NCBI GenBank assembly: GCA_963796275.1
Contig: CAWCKY010000006.1
Span: 1,146,981-1,210,980 of the forward strand
DNA from: an uncultured Acidobacteriota bacterium
GTDB taxonomy: Bacteria > Acidobacteriota > Blastocatellia > RBC074
DNA length: 64,000 bases
Reading direction: 5' to 3'
Shown here: positions 40,261 through 52,805 of the stretch, one piece after another
Layout: every line of letters starts with the position of its first letter
How positions within the stretch are numbered: position 1 is the stretch's first letter
Translations under genes and position numbers: made by a program
The notes under the pieces: model-generated
Told to the model about the DNA's origin: nothing
Databases searched by the model: none
The model's input: the letters and a program-made list of their open reading frames with translations, nothing else

Positions 40261-43038
40261 TTATAGAATTCCGTCAGTATTTTCAATCGAGGGATGGCGC
40301 GTGTTTGTGACCGGCAGCGTAAATGAAAAGGTTGCGCCGGCCCCCGGTCTGCTCTCAACCCACAATCGGCCACCAAAGTGGGAGATGATCTGACGGCTGA
40401 TCGGGAGGCCCAGCCCCGTCCCCTGCGGCTTACCATTGTGGTGATCACGCACCTGCCGAAATTTATCGAAAATGCTCTGCTGGGCATCCTGGTCGATCCC
40501 GGGACCGTTGTCTCGTACATCCACGCGGATGTGCCGATTGACCTGATACACGCTTATGCTTACCTGTCCCGAGATCGGGTCACAAAATTTGACGGCATTT
40601 GAGAGCAAATTGAGCATTACCTGCATGAGCCGGTCACGGTCAACGGTAATGGCCGGGGCGGTCTCCGGAATATTGACATCTAGACTGATGTTCCTCTCGT
40701 TGAACAATTGACTGGTGGTAGCGACCGATTCGCCGATCACCTCTTTCAGATCGAGCTCGATGGGGTGCCATTCAGCGTTCCCCGATTCGATCTTCGCCAT
40801 ATCCAGCACCTGATTGATGAGGCGCGATAAGCGCTCGCTCTCCTTGGTGATAATAGACAGAAACTTCAACCGCTTTTCTCGATCGATGTCGGGGTTATCG
40901 TGGAGGATTTCGGCGAAGGAGCGAATGGATGTCAGTGGAGTCCGCAGCTCGTGGGTGACGGTGAAGATGAAGTCATCTTTGAGGTGATCCAGCTCCTTGA
41001 GCCGCTCATTGGCAGCTTTCAGTTCCGCCGAGGCTACCTCCAGTTCATAAGATTTCTTCTCCAGTTCGCGACTGTAAGCGATAAACTGTGAGGCCTCGTC
41101 CAGGATATCCATGACTTCGCTGATACTGAGCGGTTCTTCAGCGGAGACGTTGGAGACGACGATACGAGCCGAGGAAGCGCCGATAACGCCCGCCAGCAGC
41201 ATCTCCATCTCGTATACGAGCTTCGCATCGGCCTTCAGGCTCTGCCAGCTCTCGGCTCCGTGTTCCCTGGCGTAAGCCTCAAACACCTCATTGGCGCGGC
41301 CTGCCCCCAGGAACCGGCCGACCAGCGAATGCAGGGCAGTGACGGAAGCCGTCCCACGCCAGAACCGCAAACCCGCGGGAACACAGGGATCGATCCGATA
41401 GACGTCCACGAACAACGAGGCCTGTGTGTGTTCCGTGGCAGTCTGTCTGGTGACCAGCGAGACTCCGATGTAAAAGCCGGCGTTTGCCAGCAGGCTCCAG
41501 AAGAGAGCGTGTGAGTGCGTATCCCACCCGGTGAGGCCGAACAATTCGCCGGGCTTGAGCAGCGTCAAACCGAAGGGTCCGTGATCGAGGATGCTACGCG
41601 GCAACACGCCGGATTGCGCGAGCGGCGGCAGCATAAGCGTATAAAACCAGATGGCGAAGCCCGCGCCCAGCCCGATCCGCGCTCCTACCCGGGTGCCTGC
41701 TTTCCAGTAAATTCCCCCCAACAGTGCGGGGCCGAACTGCGCCACGGCCGCAAACGAAACCAACCCGATCGATACCAGCGCATAAGCTGCTCCGGCCCAT
41801 CTGAAATAGACGAAGCCCAGAAGCAGCAGCATGACGATCGTCACCCGTCGGATCGTGATCAATAACCGGCTCAGATTATGCTGCTCCGCCAGGCGCAGCT
41901 TCGACAAGCGCAAGAGCAGGGGTACCACCAGGTCGTTGCAGACCATAGTACTGAGGGCTATGGTTTCGACTATTACCATTCCGGTCGAGGCCGACATCCC
42001 TCCGATGAAGACCAGCATCGCTAACATCCCCTGATTTTCCGCCATCGGCAACGCCAGAACATAATAGTCGGGATCGATCCCTCCCTCGGGAAAACGCAGG
42101 AGCCCGGCAATTGCGATCGGCAGAACGAAGATATTGATGACAAGCAGATATAGAGGAAAGAGCCAGACCGCCCGCTTGAGGTGTGCCTCGTCCACATTTT
42201 CGACCACCGCCACCTGAAACTGGCGCGGCAGAAACATGATCGCCATCATCGAAAGGAAGAGAAGCCACGCCCAGCTGCCGTAAGAGTTGCCAGCGCTCCC
42301 GAACGGCACGAACAGCTCTGTCAATCTGGGGTTCGCCTCAGCTTGCCTGAAGATGTCGCCGGCGCCATTGAACATTTGGAAGGTCACGAAAAGGCCGACG
42401 CCAAGAAATGCCAGCAGCTTGACCAACGATTCAAAAGCAATCGCCGCCACCATCCCCTCGTGCCGTTCCGTCGCATCCAGGTGACGCGTGCCGAAGAGGA
42501 TCGCGAACGCGGCCATCAGCAATGCGACGTATAAAGCCTTGTCGCTGATCATTGGGGACTCAGCGATCTCAGCCGGGAGCGCAATGTTCGGGTGCTGCAG
42601 AAGCAAATTGAAGCTCGTCGAGACGGCCTTCAACTGGAGGGCGATGTAGGGGATCAAACCGATGACCGCAATGACGGTCACCAGCCCTCCCAGCAGTGCA
42701 TCTTTTCCGTACCGGGAAGCGATGAAGTCCGCGATTGTGGTAATGCGATTGAGTTTGCTTATGCGGAGGATCTTGTGCAGAACCAGATACCAGAGCGCCG
42801 CCATGAGCGTCGGTCCGATGTAGATGGTCAGGTAGCTGACGCCGCTGTTGACGAGTCTCCCGACGCTGCCGTAGAACGTCCACGAGGTGCAATAGACTGC
42901 CAGCGAGAGGGCATAAACCCAGGGGTTGCCGATGATGCTTCGCCCTCTGTCGGCCCGTTTATCTCCGTACCAGGCGATGGCGAAGAGGACGCCCAGGTAC
43001 GCGAAGGAGATGCCGGCGATGACCCATCCCTGAAGCAT
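40261..43038 (-). CDS. Hybrid sensor histidine kinase with N-terminal sodium:solute symporter (SSS/SLC5) domain (CbrA/CrbS-like)
   Basis: The first roughly 480 aa form a polytopic SSS-family transporter-like domain (…GNPWVYALSLAVYCTSWTFYGSVG…). A coiled-coil linker follows, then the HisKA H-box (FIFTVTHELRTPLTSI) and HATPase_c (GTGLGLPISRQII). Confidence 0.85.
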   Translation of the reverse strand: MLQGWVIAGISFAYLGVLFAIAWYGDKRADRGRSIIGNPWVYALSLAVYCTSWTFYGSVGRLVNSGVSYLTIYIGPTLMAALWYLVLHKILRISKLNRITTIADFIASRYGKDALLGGLVTVIAVIGLIPYIALQLKAVSTSFNLLLQHPNIALPAEIAESPMISDKALYVALLMAAFAILFGTRHLDATERHEGMVAAIAFESLVKLLAFLGVGLFVTFQMFNGAGDIFRQAEANPRLTELFVPFGSAGNSYGSWAWLLFLSMMAIMFLPRQFQVAVVENVDEAHLKRAVWLFPLYLLVINIFVLPIAIAGLLRFPEGGIDPDYYVLALPMAENQGMLAMLVFIGGMSASTGMVIVETIALSTMVCNDLVVPLLLRLSKLRLAEQHNLSRLLITIRRVTIVMLLLLGFVYFRWAGAAYALVSIGLVSFAAVAQFGPALLGGIYWKAGTRVGARIGLGAGFAIWFYTLMLPPLAQSGVLPRSILDHGPFGLTLLKPGELFGLTGWDTHSHALFWSLLANAGFYIGVSLVTRQTATEHTQASLFVDVYRIDPCVPAGLRFWRGTASVTALHSLVGRFLGAGRANEVFEAYAREHGAESWQSLKADAKLVYEMEMLLAGVIGASSARIVVSNVSAEEPLSISEVMDILDEASQFIAYSRELEKKSYELEVASAELKAANERLKELDHLKDDFIFTVTHELRTPLTSIRSFAEILHDNPDIDREKRLKFLSIITKESERLSRLINQVLDMAKIESGNAEWHPIELDLKEVIGESVATTSQLFNERNISLDVNIPETAPAITVDRDRLMQVMLNLLSNAVKFCDPISGQVSISVYQVNRHIRVDVRDNGPGIDQDAQQSIFDKFRQVRDHHNGKPQGTGLGLPISRQIISHFGGRLWVESRPGAGATFSFTLPVTNTRHPSIENTDGIL

Positions 43039-43220
43039 TAGCCTTTCCTCTCAACAACCAGCGCCAAAAGGGCGATTACGAGCGCCCAGACTGCAAAGAG
43101 CCAGAAGTACATGGTCGGGATCCCGATCACGGTGCCGGCTCGATTGAATAGAGACAGGATCGGATAGTTAAGCAGAAGGCATCCGAATAGAAACAGCGCG
43201 ACCAATCGCTGGCTTATCAT
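43038..43220 (-). CDS. DUF3311-like small membrane protein (accessory to SSS-domain sensor kinases/transporters)
   Basis: Roughly 60 aa: MISQRLVALFLFGCLLLNYPILSLFNRAGTVIGIPTMYFWLFAVWALVIALLALVVERKG, matching the DUF3311 pattern (…P..YNR..P..GIP.FYW…). An AAGGAGG ribosome-binding site sits 4 nt upstream. The stop overlaps the kinase start. Confidence 0.55.
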   Translation of the reverse strand: MISQRLVALFLFGCLLLNYPILSLFNRAGTVIGIPTMYFWLFAVWALVIALLALVVERKG

Positions 43221-43329
43221 AGACCTCCTTCGCTGACCGAACTGAAACGCGCGCGTTGGAACAGTGAAATTCACAGCGGATCGCCATAGATTGCGGCTGA
43301 TCGGCAGGGATCATATCTACAAATATGCA

Positions 43330-44763
43330 TTAATCCGTCGCATCCGCGCTGATCTGCGGTGAATTAACATTCTCAGGTTCTTTCGCTATCTGCGCGCCCC
43401 ACTGTCTGAGCTTGCTGTAGAGTGTGCGGCGGTCTATACCGAGAATCTTGGCAGCCTTGACCTGATTGCCGCCAACCGATTCCAGGGTCCGCAAGACGTG
43501 GCGGCGGACGACCTCTTCGATGCTGGCAGGCGTGAAGTCATCGGCGGCGACGCGCTCAAATGATTCCCCGCTGATGGTAGGCGGCAGATCTTCGACTCCG
43601 ATCACCAGGTTGCCGAGCGCCGTAGCGAATGAGATAGCATTCTCCAACTCGCGGACATTGCCCGGCCAGTCGTGGGAGATCAGCAATTGCATCGCCTCCG
43701 GAGTCACACGCGGCGGCTCGCCACCACGTTCGCGCGTGCGCCGTTCGAGCATCTGCAGGATGAGTTCGGGGATATCATCGCGGTGCTCTCGCAAAGGCGG
43801 CACCATCAATGGAATGACGGCCAGGCGATAGTAGAGATCGCGCCGGAAACGGCCTTCTTTAACCGCGGTCGCCAGGTCGTGATTGGTGGCGGCCACGATG
43901 CGAGCCTGCACCGGAATGTCTTCCCGACCGCCGACGCGGCGGATGACCCGTTCCTGCAGGACGCGCAGCAATTTTGACTGGACGACGGGCGACAGCGAGT
44001 TGACTTCATCGAGGAAAAAAGTCCCCCTGGCGGCCGACTCGAAGAGACCCGAGCGAGTCTCGGTAGCTCCGGTAAATGCCCCCTTCTCGTGTCCGAAAAG
44101 TTCGCTCTCGATTAGCGATTCGGGAATCGCTGAGCAATCGAGCGCGACGAAGGGCGAGCTGTTGCGCAGGCTATGCTGATGAATGGCCCGCGCGGCTAAC
44201 TCTTTCCCCGTGCCGGTTTCGCCGCTGATCAGGACCGTGTCTTCTGATGGCCCGATGCGTTCGATCAACTGGCGCAGCCGTTTGATGACCGTGCTCTTCC
44301 CCGCGATGTTGCGGTGGGCCCGGTGTGCGGCAACCTGTTTTTCCAGGTCGGCAACGCGCTGTTGTAAATTGCGATTGCCCAGCGCACGCTGTATGCGCAG
44401 CACGATCTCACTCATCTCGAACGGCTTACTTATGTAATCATATGCGCCGCGCCGGATGGCGCTGACTGCAGCTTCGATCGAGCCGAAAGCCGTCATCATA
44501 ATGACGATCGTCCGCGTGTCACGTGCCCTCACACGATCGAGCAGCTCATTGCCGTCCATACCCGGCATCTTGATATCTGACAGAACCAGATCGTAGTTCT
44601 TCGCCTCGAGACGGCCGAGAGCTTCGGCGGCAGTCGCTGCAGTCCCCACTCTGTAACCTTCGGCAGTGAGAAATTTTTGCAGCACCTCCCGCATCTGGTC
44701 TTTGTCGTCTACAACCAGAATGGAAGCCGGGCACGGGCGATGACCATCGAGCGATGACATCAA
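43330..44763 (-). CDS. Sigma-54-dependent Fis-family response regulator (NtrC/CbrB-like: REC + AAA+ + HTH)
   Basis: Receiver domain (ILVVDDKD…DIKMPGMDG) and a sigma-54 interaction domain (GETGTGKELAARAIH; ESELFGHEKGAFTGA with the GAFTGA motif), ending in a C-terminal Fis-type HTH. Confidence 0.9.
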   Translation of the reverse strand: MMSSLDGHRPCPASILVVDDKDQMREVLQKFLTAEGYRVGTAATAAEALGRLEAKNYDLVLSDIKMPGMDGNELLDRVRARDTRTIVIMMTAFGSIEAAVSAIRRGAYDYISKPFEMSEIVLRIQRALGNRNLQQRVADLEKQVAAHRAHRNIAGKSTVIKRLRQLIERIGPSEDTVLISGETGTGKELAARAIHQHSLRNSSPFVALDCSAIPESLIESELFGHEKGAFTGATETRSGLFESAARGTFFLDEVNSLSPVVQSKLLRVLQERVIRRVGGREDIPVQARIVAATNHDLATAVKEGRFRRDLYYRLAVIPLMVPPLREHRDDIPELILQMLERRTRERGGEPPRVTPEAMQLLISHDWPGNVRELENAISFATALGNLVIGVEDLPPTISGESFERVAADDFTPASIEEVVRRHVLRTLESVGGNQVKAAKILGIDRRTLYSKLRQWGAQIAKEPENVNSPQISADATD

Positions 44764-45093
44764 ATCTCCGCTGTTATTTATACTACTTCAGGTACTTATC
44801 TAGAATGTGAAGGCTGCTACGACGCTCTCAATAGCCGCCCCGCGTCCGCCAAATCCGGATTCGCCGATCGGGTTAACAATGCCCGCTTTTCTACGGTAGG
44901 GCACATGGCGTGCCATGACCATTAATTCCTGCATCGGTTGCTGCGGTCTGGAGCCGGACGAAGATCGAAGTTATTATGGAGCTATTAGTTAACAGGGGGA
45001 TTTCATTAAGCAGGGAACTAACCGGACATCAGATTGTAGCTGTCTCATCTGATATTCCAGATTTCGGCAGGTATAATAACATCGTCCGCATGG

Positions 45094-46797
45094 TTGTCAA
45101 AAGTACGGAAAAACATTAACAAACCCATCAATATGAACGAGCGAAGTCCACGATCAACGCCCCGATCTCGGCCGGCATCGGTCATCGGCAAAGGTAAGAG
45201 CCTCATCGCTCGGCGCAACGCCCAGTTCCAGGCGATCAACGCTGTCGCCGCGGCGATCAACGAACAACCCGGCCTCGTTCCACTTTTGGATCGGGCACTC
45301 GACGCGGTACTGGAGGCGACCGAACTTAGCGGCGGGTTTGCGCATTTGCTTGACGATGAAGAAGAGAGACTCTTGCTCGTCACGCACCGCGGACTCGAAC
45401 CGGTTGAAGGCGACCGGCATTTCGCCCCGGGGGAAGGTATGATCGGGCGGGCGGCTGTGGCCGGCGAACTGCTGATCACGACGAATGAACCCGATGACGG
45501 GCGAAACTCGGCGCATACGGAACGACGTATCGGCGCGATGGCTGCCGTACCGCTGATCGCGCGGGGACGCGTGCGCGGAGTTATCTCCTTCTACCAGACA
45601 GATCCGCGACAGTTCACCGGTCACGAAAAAGAGATGTTGAGCGTCATTGGCCGGCAACTCGGCGTCGCCCTGGAACAATCCCGTTTGCTCGAAGAGGTCG
45701 ACAAGTCACACAGAGAGTGGGAGCAGACCTTCGACGCCCTGGCTGACGGGCTGGCCATTCATTCACCTTCAGGCCGCATCCGTCTGGCCAATCGTTCCCT
45801 GGGCGGTCTCTTCGGCTTTGCCCCCGCAGCACTGGTCGGAATGCGTTGTTGCGAACTGTACCGCGAAGCGTCGAAGCCGCTGCCCAATTGCACGATTATG
45901 AAGACCGTGGCCGAACGCCGCGGACAGCGGGTCGAAATTCAGGAGACCGGACGCGTGCTGCGATTGACGACCGATCCGATCATCACGACTGATGGCAAGG
46001 TCAAGGGCGTCGTCTGCCTGACGCGGGATGTGACTGAAGAGAAACTGATCGAGCGACGTCTTATTCATCAAGAGAGAATATCGGCGATCGGTGAATTGGC
46101 CGCCGGCATCGCACACGAAATCGGCACTCCGCTCAATATAATCTCCGCCAATGTCGAATACCTCATCAGACATCAGAGCCGGCTGAATGAAGAGTCCTCG
46201 GGAATAGACGGGGAACTGATAGCGATCCGCGACCAGGTGCACAATATCACCCGGCTCATCAGGCAGTTACTCAACTTCGCCCGCGATCAGTCGCCCGCTT
46301 TCGTGCCGCTCGACATCAATGATCTGATCGAACGGACTCTGGAATTGCTCGCGCACCGACTCAACCAGGCGCATATCCACTGTCAAACAAGCCTCGATGT
46401 GAACGCTCCCAGCTTCAATGGAGACGCGGTACAGTTGCAGCAGGTCCTCTTCAACCTGATTGCCAATGCGCGTCAGGCGATTGAAGCGAGCGAACAAGAT
46501 AGCGGCCTGCTCAGAATATCGACCGCCATTTCATCGACTCAGACAGATGAGCGTTCCCGCCCGCATATCCTTATTACGATAACCGACGATGGCCCGGGAA
46601 TCCCGGAAGATATCTTGCCCCACGTCTTCAACCCTTTCTTCACCGCCAACAAGGAGGGCGGCACTGGACTCGGGCTGGCGATCTGCCAGCAGATCGTTCA
46701 GCGGCATTACGGGTCTATGACCATCGAGAACGCCACCCCCCACGGTGCGATCGTCAAAATCTATCTGCCATTGCTTATAGAACGATCGAACATATGA
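45094..46797 (+). CDS. Cytoplasmic sensor histidine kinase (GAF + PAS + HisKA + HATPase_c)
   Basis: No transmembrane segments. GAF-like and PAS-like regions are followed by the H-box (AAGIAHEIGTPLNII) and a G-box (GGTGLGLAICQQIV). The annotated start is TTG at 45094; an ATG at about 45133 is an alternative. A TATAAT hexamer at about 45068 suggests a short leader. Confidence 0.8.
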   Translation: MSKVRKNINKPINMNERSPRSTPRSRPASVIGKGKSLIARRNAQFQAINAVAAAINEQPGLVPLLDRALDAVLEATELSGGFAHLLDDEEERLLLVTHRGLEPVEGDRHFAPGEGMIGRAAVAGELLITTNEPDDGRNSAHTERRIGAMAAVPLIARGRVRGVISFYQTDPRQFTGHEKEMLSVIGRQLGVALEQSRLLEEVDKSHREWEQTFDALADGLAIHSPSGRIRLANRSLGGLFGFAPAALVGMRCCELYREASKPLPNCTIMKTVAERRGQRVEIQETGRVLRLTTDPIITTDGKVKGVVCLTRDVTEEKLIERRLIHQERISAIGELAAGIAHEIGTPLNIISANVEYLIRHQSRLNEESSGIDGELIAIRDQVHNITRLIRQLLNFARDQSPAFVPLDINDLIERTLELLAHRLNQAHIHCQTSLDVNAPSFNGDAVQLQQVLFNLIANARQAIEASEQDSGLLRISTAISSTQTDERSRPHILITITDDGPGIPEDILPHVFNPFFTANKEGGTGLGLAICQQIVQRHYGSMTIENATPHGAIVKIYLPLLIERSNI

Positions 46798-47113
46798 CTC
46801 CGGACGGTCTAATCGCCTCAGACCGACAGCAGGAAAAAGAGATCGCGCGTGATGTCCTGGAGCAATTGCATAAGGAAAGGGGTAGGGAAGAGAGGAGGAC
46901 ATTCCAAGGTATATAGTATTTAGAAGGTAATGAGATGAAAGGAAAAGCTGCGGAGTGCCCTAAACATGCGATCTCCGCAGCCTAGAAGTGGTAATCAATC
47001 GATCGATATACAATTTAACCAGATAGGCGAACTTGTTAGAAAGAACATTTGGAATCAACCATGGCTACGAAGTGGCCGTGTAAGCAGATTGCTGCAATCG
47101 CACGTTTTAATGC

Positions 47114-50088
<2,975 letters not shown>

Positions 50089-50794
50089 TGTCGGTCATTG
50101 TCGGTCTCTTCGATCTGTCGGGTCTGTTTGTCCTGCGCCTGAATACCGACAATCGGCAGGTTGATGGTCAGTATGAGACAGCAACAGAAGAACAATGTAG
50201 CGATAACTGAGTTGGTGAGTCATGACAATGCCCCCAATAAGCGATGGAGATGAGAGTGAGCGGCACTCAGAATACGAGCTATATCATAACCTGAGTTGAA
50301 GGGATGCGCAAAACTGACATCAGATTCCTTGCAAGGTCCTTCTACTTAGCTGAAATCCGGGGTTGACAAAACTTTGTTCGCACACTAGAAGTCATGCGGG
50401 TAGCGCGGAAATATGTAACACCCAGACAACCTTGTGCAGTCGCTCTCTCTTGCGATGGAAGAATTAGGTTATGTCAGAAATCCAACCCATAGCGCACAGT
50501 CCGAAAAAGTAGACAGTTACGAGGAATGTGAGAGCAATGACCCCCAAAGCAGAAGTTACATTGTCGAGCGAGATTTTTCCGGTAGCAAATCGGAATCGGA
50601 CCTTTTGCCCCGCCAACCTTTGAGCGACCAGAGGGTCGCAATCCCAAACCAGATTGATTTGTAAAACGGACTGACTTAAAGATGGTAGGGCAAGGTATGT
50701 CTACTCCCTAATTTAAGATCATAAGCCAGACGTGTGTCTAACTCCACTACGTTGAGATCGGCAAAAATCAAAACACTATAATAAGGAGTAGAAC

Positions 50795-51208
50795 ATGTAC
50801 GAATGTGCCCCTTGGGCGGAAGTCTATCTATACGAATGGCTTATCACAGGGGCTTTTGCGGTGGTGCCGTCGACTTTATGTCTGATCAGTGACCGGAGCA
50901 GCTCAAACTCAGACCAAAAGATACCAATGCCATGCCTCAGTCAACCAACTATCTCTGAATCGAATGAAGTTGCAGAGTTGCCATCTGGCCCTTCAACGAT
51001 GGGGTTATTGGGTAGGTGGCAATATTTCGCTTACATCGATGGTTTTGCCAATTTGAGCGGAGTCTCTTCGTATACAATCGTAAGAAAAGCATACGACTCC
51101 CTAATGACACAGATCGTCGGCAAAAGCGCGCCTACTACCGTTGCAGTGAATGACTTGGATCAGACTCAAGCCAATGTCGGAGATCCATGCATTGCACCGA
51201 GGAAATAA
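50795..51208 (+). CDS. Hypothetical protein (orphan, low-GC segment)
   Basis: An AAGGAG ribosome-binding site sits 7 nt before the ATG. 137 aa with no recognisable domain. A strong hairpin terminator follows. Confidence 0.4.
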   Translation: MYECAPWAEVYLYEWLITGAFAVVPSTLCLISDRSSSNSDQKIPMPCLSQPTISESNEVAELPSGPSTMGLLGRWQYFAYIDGFANLSGVSSYTIVRKAYDSLMTQIVGKSAPTTVAVNDLDQTQANVGDPCIAPRK

Positions 51209-51271
51209 ATACGAAAATCAGCCAACAGATTGCGAGAAAATCGGTGTATTGGGGCAGGACGGGTCACAGCA

Positions 51272-51335
51272 TTAAATAGACTGCGGAAGTGGCCACATCT
51301 CGGCCGTGGCTATTCCGCAGTCTATTTACCTTTTG
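51272..51335 (+). terminator. Strong hairpin (perfect 16-bp stem taaatagactgcggaa / ttccgcagtctattta) followed by ccttttgg
   Basis: Perfect inverted repeat with a 24-nt loop containing the palindrome gtggccac. A T-rich tail follows on the + strand, about 60 nt downstream of the 50795-51208 ORF. Confidence 0.6.
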
Positions 51336-51557
51336 GACGTACCAAGGAAATATCCCCCACTCATTGAATGTCCATCGATGGTTGGGGAAAGGTTGTTAAT
51401 CAATTGAGCAAATGAATCATCACAAACGATCCGCATTTCAGACAAATATCAATTGATTTCCCTAACTCGTTTTTGTTGCTGGCGGCCGGGAGTAATATCA
51501 AATACGCCGAGATTGTGTTGGCAGAGGCATCGATGAGCGGCATAAGTTTCGGCTGTC

Positions 51558-52274
51558 TCACTCTGTGAGTATCGCCGTTTGCGGTCGCGTCCATTGAATC
51601 CAGACCTCGGCTGCAATGAAATGCAGCACAAAGCCGATCCAAAACGCGGGGCCGAAAAATTCGTATGGCGTCAGCCCGGAAAATGGACTGGTGGCGAAGA
51701 AGACGGCGATGATCGGCCGAATAGTGGCGACAGCCAGACCAATCGAGAAAGCGCGAATCATCCATTCTCGGTGCAGCGCGATTTCGCGTCTCAAAACATG
51801 TCGAAACGCTTTACCCAACGCGAACAAAAACCACACGCCAAACAGCGTTGTTGATGCTGCTTGATTGACGCCGCCGATGGCCGGCATCGCAAAGCTCATC
51901 ACCAGAGCCGACACGCCGATCACCGTGCCGCATAAAAATAAGATGCGACCGCTCCGCCGGTGCCATTGAAGATGTCGTTTGCGGAATCCTGAATTGAACT
52001 GCAACGGCCCCAACGCAATAAAGAGCAAGCCGGGGAGGATATGAACGAGCGTCAAAAGGGGATTGGGCGCGAACACGCCATCAAGCGCGGCGAACTGCGC
52101 CAATCTGGGATTGGATGGGATAGCGGGCGGACTGTATCCATAGATCAAAATAGGCGCCAGGTGCACCATCCTCCGCACAACGGCGAATGCGCCGATCAGC
52201 GCTAGGAAGATGATTGCCCCCCACAAAATGCGGTGGGCGCGAATACCGGGTCTCAGCATTTTTAAATCTTTCAA
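51558..52274 (-). CDS. Hypothetical polytopic membrane protein
   Basis: Six or more predicted transmembrane helices (…ILWGAIIFLALIGAFAVV…) with no clear family. The start is uncertain (MKDLK… or MLRPG…). Confidence 0.5.
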   Translation of the reverse strand: MKDLKMLRPGIRAHRILWGAIIFLALIGAFAVVRRMVHLAPILIYGYSPPAIPSNPRLAQFAALDGVFAPNPLLTLVHILPGLLFIALGPLQFNSGFRKRHLQWHRRSGRILFLCGTVIGVSALVMSFAMPAIGGVNQAASTTLFGVWFLFALGKAFRHVLRREIALHREWMIRAFSIGLAVATIRPIIAVFFATSPFSGLTPYEFFGPAFWIGFVLHFIAAEVWIQWTRPQTAILTE

Positions 52275-52442
52275 TACTCTATAAACGTTGTAGCGTCCTT
52301 CTTATTAACAGGCTAATTAACAGGCTAACAAATTTTTGCTCGGTTTAGCCCCCAGACGCAGCCACCCTTGACTTCATATCAGGGTGAGAGCATCCTTCCT
52401 ATAGACTTACTATGGAAGAAAATCTATGAGAGGAGGGAATTT

Positions 52443-52793
52443 ATGAGAAAAGACGACAAGCAGCAGAAAGCTGAAATGTTGCCGGGAACTTTGGAGATGT
52501 TGATCCTCAAAACTCTGGAGAGAAACGCTCAACCGATGCACGGTTATGGCATAGCCCTGTACCTCAAACAAATTTCGCAGGACGTTCTCAAAGTGGAGGA
52601 AGGATCGCTCTATCCCGCACTCCAGCGATTGGCGATAAAAGGTTGGGTGAAAGCTGAGTGGGGACAGTCTGACAACAATCGGCGCGCGCGTTTTTACAAA
52701 TTGACGCCTGCCGGACGGAAGCAGCTCAGGCGGGAGGAGGCTGACTTCGAGCGCATCCTGGAGGCGATCTTGCGCGTCATGCAACCGGCGTGA
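52443..52793 (+). CDS. PadR-family transcriptional regulator
   Basis: Winged-helix PadR signature (…LEMLILKTLERNAQPMHGYGIALYLKQISQDVLKVEEGSLYPALQRLAIKGWV…). A GGAGG ribosome-binding site precedes the ATG at 52443. Lies immediately upstream of the large FtsX-type permease, the typical acidobacterial PadR-ADOP pair. Confidence 0.85.
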   Translation: MRKDDKQQKAEMLPGTLEMLILKTLERNAQPMHGYGIALYLKQISQDVLKVEEGSLYPALQRLAIKGWVKAEWGQSDNNRRARFYKLTPAGRKQLRREEADFERILEAILRVMQPA

Positions 52794-52805
52794 AGAGTGT
52801 GAATT

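Noticed and set aside
39864-40520. 218-aa version of the receiver ORF extending over the 3' end of the histidine kinase gene
   Set aside because: Only the last roughly 125 aa form a receiver domain. The upstream part overlaps the kinase coding region in another frame. In-frame ATGs at 40253 and 40235 lie just after the kinase stop.
44880-44960. Sigma-54 promoter (TGGCAC-N5-TTGCW) in the RR/kinase divergent region
   Set aside because: GGCAC and TGCAT strings are present but not at the required -24/-12 spacing. Only the palindrome is reported.
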